A stretch of 64,000 nucleotides of DNA, from contig CAWHTE010000007.1 in NCBI GenBank assembly GCA_963832165.1, forward strand, positions 1 through 64,000, given 5' to 3'. The notes below the pieces were generated by a model that saw only the letters and a list, made by a program, of their open reading frames with translations, searched no databases and was not told where the DNA came from. This document shows positions 20,066-29,990 of the stretch, one piece after another (positions within the stretch are counted from its first letter, which is position 1; every line of letters begins with the position of its first letter). Made by a program: the position numbers and the translations under genes. This stretch comes from an uncultured delta proteobacterium (GTDB lineage Bacteria; Myxococcota_A; UBA9160; SMWR01).

Positions 20066-22318
20066 ATGCGCGCTGATTTCGAAGCGATTCTGCGCGAGGC
20101 CAACACCGCGTCCGATCTGGACGAAGTCATGGCCATCATCGCCCGCCGGGTCAAGGGCGCCCTCCCCGTCGATGCCTGCGTGGTCTGTCTGATCGACGCG
20201 ACGAGCAATCAGCTCGTCCGGGTTTCGTCGAGCGGCGCCGACGTGGCGCTTCCAATACCCGCTCCTCTGGCCGGCCTGCTGAGCCTGATCATCGAACGCC
20301 GAGGGCTGGTCGTTCTCCAGAACCGGACGGCCCGCTCAACCAACCACTCTGCTCCTCCTGAACACGACACCGCCGGATACGACGCCTTCCTCGGCATGCC
20401 GCTGATCCATGATCACCGAATCGTGGGAGTGCTGGCGGCTTGGAAGGCGACAGGCGAATTCGGTCGCGACGAGGTGCCCTTCTTCGTCACGATCGCGCCA
20501 CCACTGGCGGCGATCATCCACGAGCACGCGGCCGCCGGCGAAGTTGCGAGCCTGCTGAGCGGCGGCATCCAGGAGACAGTCCACGTCCAGGGTGTAATGG
20601 CGGCCGGCGGGCTCGCGGTCGGAACAGCGGCGTTGCTCGACCCGCTGGCCACCTTGGAGTCGGTGCCGGATCGGGGCGTTGACGACATCGTTTCGGAGGA
20701 GAAGGCCTTTCGAGCCGCGGTCGCAGCTGCTCAGGCGGAAGTGCGGACCAGCAGCGAACGGCTGGCCGGCGCCATCCCGAGCGAGGTACGCGAGATCTTC
20801 GACGTCTACGTGATGTTGCTCGGAAGTGACAAACTGGTACGAGAGACGGTCGAACGAATCCGCGGGGGGAATTGGGCGCCGGGTGCGCTCCGTGACACCA
20901 TCGCGGATCAGGCCCGACCATTCGACCGCGCTGACGACCCTTACCTGCGCGCGCGCGGCGAAGATGTTCGCCAGATCGGCCAGCGGATCCTCGTCCACCT
21001 CCACTCGCAGATCGAACTGGAAAGATCGTATCCGGAGCGATGCATCCTGGTGGGAGACACGATCAGCATCACGGAGATAGCTGCGGTGCCCGTGAGCCAA
21101 CTCGCCGGCATCGTCTGTCGGCACGGCTCGGCCCTTTCCCACATGGCCGTATTGGCACGCGCCCTGGAAATTCCGGCGGTCGTGAGCCTCTCGTCTCTAC
21201 CCGCGAGCCTGCTGGAGGGCCGCACGATCGTCGTCGACGGTGACCAAGGTCGGGTCTACATCCAACCTCCGCGCGCTGCCCTCGATGCGTTCGAGCGGAG
21301 CATTGCAGAGCGCCAGGCAGCCTCCCAACGGCTCGGGGCACTACGGGACCTGCCGGCTGAAACATTGGACGGGGTCCGGCTGCCGCTGTACGCCAATATC
21401 GGACTGGTCTCCGACCTCGAGGCGGCTCTGGCCAGCGGAGCCGAAGGCGTCGGCCTCTACCGCACGGAATACCAGTTCCTGCTGCGTGACGCGTTCCCGG
21501 TCGAGAGCGAGCAGTACGAGGTATATCGAGAGCTGTTGCAAGCGTTCGCACCGCGACCGGTCACTGTGCGCACCCTCGATGTGGGTGGCGACAAGATCCT
21601 TCCGTATTTCCCGGTGAAGGAGGACAACCCATTTCTCGGTTGTCGCGGAATTCGATTCTCGCTCGAGCATCCCGAGATCTTCATGATCCAGCTGCGCGCG
21701 ATGCTGCGGGCAAATGCGGGTGTCGAGAACCTGCAGGTGCTCTTCCCGATGGTCACGAGGATCGATGAACTCGACCAGGCGCTCGAGTTGTTGGCGCGAG
21801 CGCATCGCGAGCTGCTGGACGAAGGCGAGGCGACGGCGATGCCGAGGACCGGCGTGATGATCGAGGTTCCCTCCGCCGTCTTCTCGGCCCGATCCTTCGC
21901 GGAGCGCGTGGATCTTCTCTCTATCGGTACGAACGACCTCTCCCAGTACATTCTGGCTGTCGATCGAAGCAATGAGCGAGTGAGTACTCCGTACGACAGT
22001 CTGCATCCCGCCGTTCTCGATGCGGTCGTCGAGGTGGTCCAAAAGGCTCACGAACGGTCCACTCCAGTGAGTGTATGCGGTGAGCTCGCCGGTGATCCTG
22101 CCGGCGCGCTGGTGTTGCTCGGCGCCGGAGTCGACGAGCTGAGCATGAGCCCTGCGGGCTTATCGAGGGTGAAACTCGTGATTCGCAGCTTCACCATGGA
22201 TCAGGCGCGGGCGCTGCTCGAAGCGGCACTGGATGAAGATGACGGACGTGGTGTTCACGAGCTGCTGAATGCGGCGCTCGATCGGGCAGGAGTCTTGGCT
22301 CTGGGTTCTCCCCTCTGA
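20066..22318 (+). CDS. ptsP: GAF-containing phosphoenolpyruvate-protein phosphotransferase (EI-Ntr)
   Basis: N-terminal GAF; SHMAVLARAL, GVGLYRTE, RTLDVGGDK, EDNPFLGCRGIR, SIGTNDL, VCGE. Confidence 0.93.
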   Translation: MRADFEAILREANTASDLDEVMAIIARRVKGALPVDACVVCLIDATSNQLVRVSSSGADVALPIPAPLAGLLSLIIERRGLVVLQNRTARSTNHSAPPEHDTAGYDAFLGMPLIHDHRIVGVLAAWKATGEFGRDEVPFFVTIAPPLAAIIHEHAAAGEVASLLSGGIQETVHVQGVMAAGGLAVGTAALLDPLATLESVPDRGVDDIVSEEKAFRAAVAAAQAEVRTSSERLAGAIPSEVREIFDVYVMLLGSDKLVRETVERIRGGNWAPGALRDTIADQARPFDRADDPYLRARGEDVRQIGQRILVHLHSQIELERSYPERCILVGDTISITEIAAVPVSQLAGIVCRHGSALSHMAVLARALEIPAVVSLSSLPASLLEGRTIVVDGDQGRVYIQPPRAALDAFERSIAERQAASQRLGALRDLPAETLDGVRLPLYANIGLVSDLEAALASGAEGVGLYRTEYQFLLRDAFPVESEQYEVYRELLQAFAPRPVTVRTLDVGGDKILPYFPVKEDNPFLGCRGIRFSLEHPEIFMIQLRAMLRANAGVENLQVLFPMVTRIDELDQALELLARAHRELLDEGEATAMPRTGVMIEVPSAVFSARSFAERVDLLSIGTNDLSQYILAVDRSNERVSTPYDSLHPAVLDAVVEVVQKAHERSTPVSVCGELAGDPAGALVLLGAGVDELSMSPAGLSRVKLVIRSFTMDQARALLEAALDEDDGRGVHELLNAALDRAGVLALGSPL

Positions 22319-22473
22319 GGACGAGCAAGATCGGCACCGGGAGAAAGGCGATCGGCGCCGCCGCGTGAGCGCCGAGGTGCGCCTGCTCAGCCAGTGAGGC
22401 CGGAAAACGAGCGGAGCTCAGCCAGGACGATCGTGAGAACACACAGCGGTTAGGCACGCGGAGGAGTGGTCGG

Positions 22474-23070
22474 ATGCAGAACGCTCAAGAGGTCTTTCTG
22501 ATCCGCCACGGGGAGACGGAGTGGAGTCTCTCGGGCCAGCACACGGGTGTCACGGATGTTTCGCTCACGGAGCGCGGACGCCGGGAGGCAGAGCGGCTCG
22601 CGCCCGTGCTGGCGAGGAGGACATTCGACCTCGTCCTGTCGAGCCCGCTGCAGCGCGCCCGCCAGACGTGCGGGCTCGCAGGACTGGGCGATCGCGCACA
22701 GGTCGAGCCCGATCTCATGGAGTGGAACTACGGGGAGTACGAGGGCCTCACGTCCGACGAGATCGAGCGCCGTGTCCCTGGCTGGCTGATCTTCGACAAC
22801 GGCTGTCCCGGTGGCGAGAGTCCGCGTGAAGTGGCTACCCGCGTCGACCGGCTGATCGAGAAGGTGCGCCGCGTGCGGGGTTCCGTCGCTCTCTTCGCCC
22901 ACGGCCATGTCTTCCGGGTGTTCGCGGCGCGCTGGATCGGGCTGCCGCCGAGCCACGGAAGCCACCTGTTGCTCGACACATCCACGCTGAACATCCTCGC
23001 CTACTACCGGGGTATTCCCGCGCTCAAGCGCTGGAACGCCCCGATCGGCGATGAGAGCTCGGGCGCGTGA
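22474..23070 (+). CDS. Histidine phosphatase family protein
   Basis: LIRHGETEWS, SSPLQRARQT, FAHGH. Confidence 0.92.
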   Translation: MQNAQEVFLIRHGETEWSLSGQHTGVTDVSLTERGRREAERLAPVLARRTFDLVLSSPLQRARQTCGLAGLGDRAQVEPDLMEWNYGEYEGLTSDEIERRVPGWLIFDNGCPGGESPREVATRVDRLIEKVRRVRGSVALFAHGHVFRVFAARWIGLPPSHGSHLLLDTSTLNILAYYRGIPALKRWNAPIGDESSGA

Positions 23071-23125
23071 CGAAGGACTCCGAATCCTCCTTGACATCGG
23101 GAGGTTTCCGGTCCTTTATATCTAG

Positions 23126-24019
23126 ATGTTTACCGACACCGGACCGACGGAGTCGAGACGCCGCTTCGAGAGTGCCGTCGCGGTGATCACGGGCGGCTCG
23201 AAGGGCATCGGGCTGGCGATCGCGAGCCGACTCGCCCGCGAGGGCGCCTGCGTCGCGATCAACGCGCGCCCCGGGCCGGAGCTCGAGCGGTCGCTGCGGC
23301 AGCTCGAGAAGCAGGGGGCCGACGCCTTGGCCGTGCCGGGCGACATCACGCAGCCCGGCGTCGTCGAAGGAATCGTCGAGGCCGCGCGCGCCCGCTTCGG
23401 CCGCGTGACTCACGTCGTCCAGAACGCTGCAGTGAGCCCGCACTTCGGGCCGCTGCTCTCGATCTCGCACCGCGACCTCGAGCACACGCTGGTCGGAAAC
23501 GCCTGGCCGGCGCTTGCACTGGTCAAGGCCGCGCTTGCGGCCGGCATGCACGAGGCACGCGGCGCAGCGGTCATCATCTCCTCGATCGGCGCGCGCCTCA
23601 CGAACCCCACGATCGCCGCATACGACGCCGCGAAGGCCGCACTGAATTCGCTCATGCGCGCGCTCGCGCGAGAGCTCGGCACCCGCGGCGTGCGCATAAA
23701 CCTCGTCTCGCCCGGCCTGATCGCGACGCCCAGCGCGCAGGTGGTTCTCACCGAGGGCCGCGACGCGCAGGAGGCTGCGATCCTGCCCTTGCAGCGAGTC
23801 GGCCGTCCCGATGACATCGCGGGGGCCGTCGCGTTCCTGCTCTCCGACGACGCGTCGTACATAACGGGGAGCGACCTGGTCGTCGACGGAGGCCGTCTGC
23901 TCGTGGGCGGAGAGACCGTGGACCTGATCGGAGTCCACGATCCAGAGCGGATCCAGGAGCATCTCGACGCAATCGGACGCGCGTTCGCGGCCCAGCAGGC
24001 GCAGAAGAAGGAGGGCTGA
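23126..24019 (+). CDS. SDR-family oxidoreductase
   Basis: TGGSKGIG, YDAAK, VSPG. Confidence 0.92.
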   Translation: MFTDTGPTESRRRFESAVAVITGGSKGIGLAIASRLAREGACVAINARPGPELERSLRQLEKQGADALAVPGDITQPGVVEGIVEAARARFGRVTHVVQNAAVSPHFGPLLSISHRDLEHTLVGNAWPALALVKAALAAGMHEARGAAVIISSIGARLTNPTIAAYDAAKAALNSLMRALARELGTRGVRINLVSPGLIATPSAQVVLTEGRDAQEAAILPLQRVGRPDDIAGAVAFLLSDDASYITGSDLVVDGGRLLVGGETVDLIGVHDPERIQEHLDAIGRAFAAQQAQKKEG

Positions 24020-24029
24020 CCTTGACGAG

Positions 24030-25106
24030 TTGGCAGAGGGGGGAGGAAGCAAGTATCGGGTCATCCAGTGGGCAACCGGGGCGACGGGCAGCCACGCGCT
24101 GCGCGCGATCGCCGCTCATCCGGAACTCGAGCTCGTGGGCGCGCTCGTCTACAGCGGCGAGAAGGCGGGGCGCGACGCCGGCGAGCTAGTCGGCATCGGC
24201 CCGATCGGCGTCACCGCGACGATTGACCCAGAAGAGATCCTGGCCCTCGACGCCGACTGCGTCGTGCACATGAGCCAGATGGCCCTCGACCCGCGCCCCC
24301 ATCTCGACGACATCTGCCGGATCCTCGAGTCGGGCAAGAACGTCGTGACGACCGTCCTCACCGACTTGATCTATCCGAGCGTGATGGGCCCCGAGGTGGT
24401 GCAGCGCCTCGAGGCGGCCTGCAAGGCCGGCGGCGTGAGCTTCCACGGAACCGGGATCCAGCCGGGCTGGGCCTCCGAGGTCCTGCCGCTCGTGCTCTCG
24501 GGCCTGTGGAAGCGAGTCGAGCGCGTGACCGTCCGCGAGATCCTCGACTACGCCACGTATCCGAGCCGCGTGACGCTCTTCGATCTGATGGGCTTCGGGC
24601 ATCCGCCCGACAAGCCGAGCCTGATCCGGCTCGGGATCCTCGCCGGGAAGATCTTCGACGCGCCGCTGCGGATGGTCGCCGACGGGCTAGGCGTCGAGCT
24701 CGAGGCAATACGAGGCTTCTTCGAGCCCGTGCTCGCGCCTGACACGTACGACATCACGTGCGGCACGATCGAGAAGGGCACGGTGGCGGCGATGCGCTTC
24801 GGCTTGCACGGCATCATCGACGGGCAGCCGGCGCTCGTGATCGAGCATGTGACGCGTACGCGGGGCGACCTCGCGCCGGAGTGGCCGCACGGCCGCGGCT
24901 GGTCGGTCGACGTCGAGGGCGAGCCGTCGATGCGCTGCACGGTGCAGATCGCGACGGACGGCGGCGACGAGAACGACCAGGGTTGCCTGGGCACCGCCAT
25001 GCACGCCGTGAACGCGATCCCTCTCGTCTGCGAAGCCGCGCCCGGCATCCGCACCTTCCTGGACCTGCCGATGGTGCTGGGGCGGCGCAGCATCCGGCCC
25101 CGATGA
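24030..25106 (+). CDS. Dihydrodipicolinate reductase-like / amine dehydrogenase-family oxidoreductase
   Basis: RVIQWATGATG, GTGIQPGW, VNAIPLVCEAAPGIRTFLDLP. Confidence 0.85.
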   Translation: MAEGGGSKYRVIQWATGATGSHALRAIAAHPELELVGALVYSGEKAGRDAGELVGIGPIGVTATIDPEEILALDADCVVHMSQMALDPRPHLDDICRILESGKNVVTTVLTDLIYPSVMGPEVVQRLEAACKAGGVSFHGTGIQPGWASEVLPLVLSGLWKRVERVTVREILDYATYPSRVTLFDLMGFGHPPDKPSLIRLGILAGKIFDAPLRMVADGLGVELEAIRGFFEPVLAPDTYDITCGTIEKGTVAAMRFGLHGIIDGQPALVIEHVTRTRGDLAPEWPHGRGWSVDVEGEPSMRCTVQIATDGGDENDQGCLGTAMHAVNAIPLVCEAAPGIRTFLDLPMVLGRRSIRPR

Positions 25107-25113
25107 GGGAACC

Positions 25114-25617
25114 GTGCCCAGCTACGACGATCGCGAACGGGAGGCGCTCGAGACCTATCGGGCGTACGTGAACCAGCGCACGCGAGCGCAGCGCGGTGAG
25201 GTGCCGTGGTCCTCGATCGGCGACTTCTTCACCGAAGACTGCGTCTTCATCGATCCGGCCTGGGGCCGCATCGAGGGCCGCGCCAAGATGGCCGACTTCT
25301 TCGACTGGTCGATAATCGGACTCGAAGGCTGGGAATTCCCCGAGATGTGGACGATGGCCGACGGGGACCGCATCGTGTCGTTCTGGTGGAACCGGCTGCC
25401 CGGCGCCGATGCCGATGGACTCCCATATCAGGCCCCGGCGTTGTCGATCCTCCATTACGCGGGCAACGGGAAGTTCGACTACGAGCTCGACCTGATGAAC
25501 GTCGCGGAAGTCGGCCAGGTAATGGCGCGCTCCGGCTGGACGCCCGGCAAGGGCTTCCGGATCCCCGACGCGAAGCCCGATCGCGACCCGACGCCGCCGC
25601 GGCTCGCCACGCCCTGA
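25114..25617 (+). CDS. SnoaL/NTF2-like protein
   Basis: FFTEDCVFIDPAWGRIEGR, LHYAGNGKF. Confidence 0.85.
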   Translation: MPSYDDREREALETYRAYVNQRTRAQRGEVPWSSIGDFFTEDCVFIDPAWGRIEGRAKMADFFDWSIIGLEGWEFPEMWTMADGDRIVSFWWNRLPGADADGLPYQAPALSILHYAGNGKFDYELDLMNVAEVGQVMARSGWTPGKGFRIPDAKPDRDPTPPRLATP

Positions 25618-25717
25618 CGCCCTCCGTGGCCTAGAAGAACGGTGCCCGGGGCGGGGCCCTATTCACCCGAAGCGCGGCCTGGGTCAGGGGGCACACTCCA
25701 CGACATCGTCGGTCGGT

Positions 25718-25735
25718 ATCCCCGGATCAGGGGAT
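25718..25735. promoter_or_regulatory. 18-bp palindromic motif copy ATCCCCGGATCAGGGGAT
   Basis: 17/18 match to consensus; 42 nt upstream of the desaturase ATG. Confidence 0.72.
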
Positions 25736-25777
25736 TTCAGTCGTCGCCCATCTGGGACTGAATCGATCGATATCCGG

Positions 25778-26743
25778 ATGAATCAGTTGGAAGAAGCGCA
25801 CAGGATCTCGCGCACGTTGCTGAAGGAATTGTACCGCCAGGCCTGGTGGCACAACCTGAAGATTCTCCTCGTCTACGCTCTGCTGATTGGAGCGGGCTAC
25901 CTAGCATGGACGACGCCGTCGGCGTGGATTCGCTGGCTCGCTTACGGATGTATGGGTTACCTCTGGATGAGTGTCGTCACGTTCATGCACGATTGCGTCC
26001 ATGGCGTGCTCTTCAAGGCGAGTTGGAAGAACTGGGCGTTCGGCATCTTCTCGACGATTCCGATCATCATCACGTTCGTTTCCTTCAGAGAAGATCATCT
26101 GGAGCATCATCGTTACAACCGGAGCACGAGAGATCCCGACGCATTCACGATGGGGAAGCGGGGGGCACTCGATTTCCTGCTGTTCTATGCGTACATCGTG
26201 ATGGGCGGCGTGCTCACGATCATCCAGTTTTCGGTGATCTATCCCCTGCAGAAGTTCGACCGAAGGGAGTCGCTGATCCACGGCTCCGAGCTCCTGCTTC
26301 GAGTCGTCGTAATTACCGGCCTCTGCGTCTGGACCTCGACTCTCGGGGAGCTCGGCCGATTCCTCGAAATCTGGCTGGTTCCCATCTACATCTTTTCGCT
26401 TCTGAATAGCGTCCGCTTCATCGCCGAACACTACGACACGCCCTGGGAGCGGGGACAACTGCTCGGCACGCGTACGATCATCAGCAATCAGCTGAACAGC
26501 TACTTCTGGAATAACATCAATTATCACATCGGCCATCACGTCTACCCAGCCGTGCCGTGGTACAACCTCCAGAAGCTTCATGCCGCGCTGCTCCCCGAGA
26601 TTGCGCGCACCAACGCTGTGGTGGACCCGGGTTACTTCCGCGTCTTCTTCAAGGCGTTGCTTCGGGGGCCCGAAACGATCGAACGGAACGCCTTGCATGT
26701 CGCTCAGCGAGGACAGACGGGCCACTTGGCGTTCGAGAACTGA
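25778..26743 (+). CDS. Membrane fatty acid desaturase family protein
   Basis: His boxes HDCVH, HLEHH, HIGHH; transmembrane helices. Confidence 0.9.
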   Translation: MNQLEEAHRISRTLLKELYRQAWWHNLKILLVYALLIGAGYLAWTTPSAWIRWLAYGCMGYLWMSVVTFMHDCVHGVLFKASWKNWAFGIFSTIPIIITFVSFREDHLEHHRYNRSTRDPDAFTMGKRGALDFLLFYAYIVMGGVLTIIQFSVIYPLQKFDRRESLIHGSELLLRVVVITGLCVWTSTLGELGRFLEIWLVPIYIFSLLNSVRFIAEHYDTPWERGQLLGTRTIISNQLNSYFWNNINYHIGHHVYPAVPWYNLQKLHAALLPEIARTNAVVDPGYFRVFFKALLRGPETIERNALHVAQRGQTGHLAFEN

Positions 26744-26757
26744 CGAGGGATCGCTCG

Positions 26758-27174
26758 TCAGGCCCGCGGCGGCATCCCCTCGAACGCGGGAACGCCATCC
26801 GCGATGAGATGGAAGGGATGACCCTCCGCCGTGAAGATTGCCATCTGGGCGCGACCGTAGATCGAGGGATCATCGAGCGTGCCGATCTTCAGCACCACCG
26901 GCGGCAGGCCGGGCCGCCGTGTGGTCATGTGCGTACCGCATTCGGCGCAGAACTCACGCGTCACGGCGTCGGCTTTGTCGGGCCGTCTGTAGGTCTTCGG
27001 CGCGCCTTTCGTATAGCGGAACTCTTCTGCGGGCATCAGCATGAACAAGTTGGGCGCCCCACCCGAGACATGTTGACAGGCGCGGCAGTGGCACTGCGCT
27101 CTGAGGACAGGCTCGCCCTCCGCTACATACCGCACCGCGCCGCAATAGCACCCGCCTTCGAGGCGCATCCGCAT
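26758..27174 (-). CDS. GFA-family Zn protein
   Basis: GGCYCG, CHCRACQ, FCAECGT. Confidence 0.9.
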   Translation of the reverse strand: MRMRLEGGCYCGAVRYVAEGEPVLRAQCHCRACQHVSGGAPNLFMLMPAEEFRYTKGAPKTYRRPDKADAVTREFCAECGTHMTTRRPGLPPVVLKIGTLDDPSIYGRAQMAIFTAEGHPFHLIADGVPAFEGMPPRA

Positions 27175-28214
27175 CTCCCCCTCCGTCCGTCGGCCGTGGC
27201 TCGCACGGACCTACACTTCTCCGACGATAGCGCCCGACCCCAGGGCTCGATCACGATCTTGCCGACGACCTTGCGATCGAGCATGTCGCGCAGGGCCTGC
27301 GGAGCCTCTTCGAGCGAATAGCGCCGGGAGACGTGCGGATGCAGGCGGCCCGCGGCCAGCTCGGCGAGCAGGTCGCGCTCGATCTCCTGCCGCAGCTCCG
27401 GCTCCTTGCCCGTCATCGCGCCCAGGAAGACGCCGACGATCTGGCAGCCTTTGAGCAGTGCGAGATTGAGCGGGATCTTCGGGATGCCGGCGGTGAAGCC
27501 GATCACCAGGAAGCGTCCTTTCCACGCGACCGAGCGCAGCGCCGCCTCGGCGAACTCGCCGCCGACGCAGTCGTAGACGACGTCGACGCCGTTTCCGTCG
27601 GTGAGCTCCTTGGCGCGCTGCTTCAGGTCTTCGTGCTCGTAGTCGATGATCGCGTCGGCACCACGCTCCAGGCAGAGCGCGAGCTTCTCGGCGCTTCCGG
27701 CCGCGGCGATCACGCGCGCGCCGAACAGCTTCCCGAGCTCGATCGCCGCCATCCCGAGCGCGCCGGACGCACCGAGGATGAGCAGCGTCTCGCCGCGCCC
27801 GAGCTCGCCGCGATGCTTGAGCCCGTACCATCCGGTCCCGTAGGCGTAGAGCAGACCCGTCGCCTCGGCGAAGCCCACCGCGTCGTCGAGCCGGCGCGCG
27901 GCGTCGACGCGTACCTTGGCGCGCTCGGCGAACCCGCCGATCAGGCCGAGTGCGCCCGTGACGCGATCGCCGACGGAGAAGCCTGCGACGCCCTCGCCCA
28001 CTGCGCTGACCACGCCCGCGACGTCGCCGCCAGGAACGAACGGCGGCTTCGGCTTGAACTGGTACTTGTCCTCGATCATCAGCGCGTCGGGGAAGGTGAT
28101 CGCCGCGGCGCGCACGTCGATCACGATCTCGTGCGGTCCGGGCGTCGGATCGTCGACCTCGACGATCTCGAGCGACTCGGGCGGACCGAACTTCCGACAC
28201 AGGACGGCTTTCAT
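27123..28214 (-). CDS. NADPH:quinone oxidoreductase (MDR family)
   Basis: MKAVLCRKFGPPE, PFVPG, LGASGALG, GKIVIEP. Homology ends near 27240; the tail may be read-through from a TGA-to-TGG error. Confidence 0.88.
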   Translation of the reverse strand: MKAVLCRKFGPPESLEIVEVDDPTPGPHEIVIDVRAAAITFPDALMIEDKYQFKPKPPFVPGGDVAGVVSAVGEGVAGFSVGDRVTGALGLIGGFAERAKVRVDAARRLDDAVGFAEATGLLYAYGTGWYGLKHRGELGRGETLLILGASGALGMAAIELGKLFGARVIAAAGSAEKLALCLERGADAIIDYEHEDLKQRAKELTDGNGVDVVYDCVGGEFAEAALRSVAWKGRFLVIGFTAGIPKIPLNLALLKGCQIVGVFLGAMTGKEPELRQEIERDLLAELAAGRLHPHVSRRYSLEEAPQALRDMLDRKVVGKIVIEPWGRALSSEKCRSVRATADGRRGRCGCASKAGAIAARCGM

Positions 28215-28368
28215 CGTCGCGGCTCCTCGATCTGGCGGACGAGCCCGGCTCGCACCGCGCTGCTGCGCCGCGATGATCGTGGACATCGGCTCACCGCGCT
28301 CGGCTTCCGGTCGCGCGCGCGTCCGACGCTCGCTGACGCCGCGGCCGAACGCGGCATACTGCCGGACT

Positions 28369-28860
28369 ATGCCGAAGCCCCAGCCCAGCGATCCCTTCGA
28401 GACGCCCGAACGCAGCACGATCCGGCCGACCACGCATCAGCACGTGGCGGCCATGGAGGCGTCGAACGACCCCGCCGTATGGACGGGAGCCGGGATGAAG
28501 CACCTGCTGGTGCGCAGCATCGGCCGGCGAAGCGGCGCGGTACGCAAGGCCGCGCTGCCCTACTGGGAGGACGACGAGGGCCATCCGATCGTCGTGGCTT
28601 CCTACGCGGGCGCGCCCGAGCACCCGGGCTGGTACCTGAATCTCGAAGATCGGCGCGCCAACCCCGAGGTGATGGTGCGCATCCGCGACGACGCGTTCTG
28701 GGCTGAGGCGCAGATCCTCGACGGGGCGGAGTACGCCGAAGTGTGGGAGATGCTGACGCGCGATCGGCCCTACTACCGCGACTACCAGGCCCTCACCGAG
28801 CGGCGAATCCCCCTCGTCCGCTTCATGCGCAAGCGCGCGGCCGAGCCCGATGGGAGCTGA
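28369..28860 (+). CDS. Deazaflavin (F420)-dependent nitroreductase family protein
   Basis: GRRSGAVR, VVASYAGAPEHPGWYLNL, YQALTERRIPLV. Confidence 0.85.
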   Translation: MPKPQPSDPFETPERSTIRPTTHQHVAAMEASNDPAVWTGAGMKHLLVRSIGRRSGAVRKAALPYWEDDEGHPIVVASYAGAPEHPGWYLNLEDRRANPEVMVRIRDDAFWAEAQILDGAEYAEVWEMLTRDRPYYRDYQALTERRIPLVRFMRKRAAEPDGS

Positions 28861-28903
28861 GTCGACGGTGTGAGACACTGCGACCCAAACCGGAGGTAGT
28901 GGC

Positions 28904-29335
28904 ATGAGCAGCCCGATGAAGTCCAGTCAGTGCATGTGTGGGAACGTCCAGGTCGAGATCACGGGTGAGCCCGCGGTGATGGCGTACTGCCACTGCAGCT
29001 CCTGCCGCGGCTGGCTCGGCGCGCCGATCCACGCGGCCGCGCTCTGGCCCACCGACAAGGTGCGCGTGGTGCGCGGCGAGGATCGGCTCGGAGAGTTCAA
29101 GAAGACCGAGGCGAGCCATCGCCAATTCTGCCGCGACTGCGGCACGCCCGTACTCGTACGCCATCCCGTGATGGGCATGACCGACGTGCCGGCCGGCGGA
29201 GTGCGCGGGCTCGACTACAAGCCGGGCGTCCACGTGCACTATCAGGAGAAGGTGCTCTCGGTGAAGGACGGTCTGCCGAAGTTCAAGGACTTCCCGAAGG
29301 AGTTCGGCGGGAGCGGAGACACGCTGTCCGAATGA
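28904..29335 (+). CDS. GFA-family Zn protein
   Basis: CMCG, CHCSSCR, FCRDCG; GGAGG RBS. Confidence 0.9.
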   Translation: MSSPMKSSQCMCGNVQVEITGEPAVMAYCHCSSCRGWLGAPIHAAALWPTDKVRVVRGEDRLGEFKKTEASHRQFCRDCGTPVLVRHPVMGMTDVPAGGVRGLDYKPGVHVHYQEKVLSVKDGLPKFKDFPKEFGGSGDTLSE

Positions 29336-29561
29336 CATCGCGGAGGTCATCGAGGGAGCGAGGAGGGCCATCCCGAGGGGAACTGGTGGCCTGACCGTTC
29401 CTCTCTATACTTCACGCGTGAAGACAGCTCTCCGGAGCCGATCGTCGACTCGGAATGAGCAGTCAAAGGCACGAGATGGTTCAGATTCGGATTGTCCGAC
29501 TCGCAGCCGTGCCACGGCCGCTCCGCACTCCAGATAGAGCGGCGCGGCAAAGGAACGATCG

Positions 29562-29895
29562 TTGAGTAAGAAACTGTACGTAGGAAACCTTCCCTTTAGC
29601 GCCACCGAGAGCGAGCTCCGCTCTCTCTTTCAACCGCACGGTGCGGTCGAGTCGGTGAACGTGATCATGGACCGCGAGACCGGGCGAGCCCGGGGCTTCG
29701 CGTTCGTCGAGATGCAGGACGCGGGCGATGCAGCCAACGCGATTCGCGCTCTCGACGGAGCCGACATGGGCGGCCGCAGCCTGCGCGTGAACGAGGCGCA
29801 GGACAAGCGCGGCGGCGGTGGTGGCTGGCGGCGGCGGCGGTCGACGCGATGGCGGCGGCGGCGGCGGCGGCGGCCGGGGCCGCGATCGCTACTAG
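29562..29895 (+). CDS. RRM RNA-binding protein with Gly-rich tail (frameshift near 29826)
   Basis: RNP2 LYVGNL and RNP1 RGFAFVEM; removing one base gives GGGG...RGRDRY* ending at 29895. Confidence 0.92.
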
Positions 29896-29914
29896 CCGGT
29901 AGCAAGGTGAGCCG

Positions 29915-29944
29915 GCGAGACGGAGGGGTTGCCCTCCGTCTCGC
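29915..29944 (+). terminator. 13-bp stem-loop after the RRM gene
   Basis: GCGAGACGGAGGG-gttg-CCCTCCGTCTCGC; no strong U-tract. Confidence 0.55.
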
Positions 29945-29990
29945 TCTCGCTCCCACAGTCTGCTAGGCGAGCTACCGGATCATCTCCCCG

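Noticed and set aside
4487..25735. The 18-bp palindromes as CRISPR repeats or REP elements
   Set aside because: Dispersed singly at promoter positions with no spacer periodicity and no cas genes.
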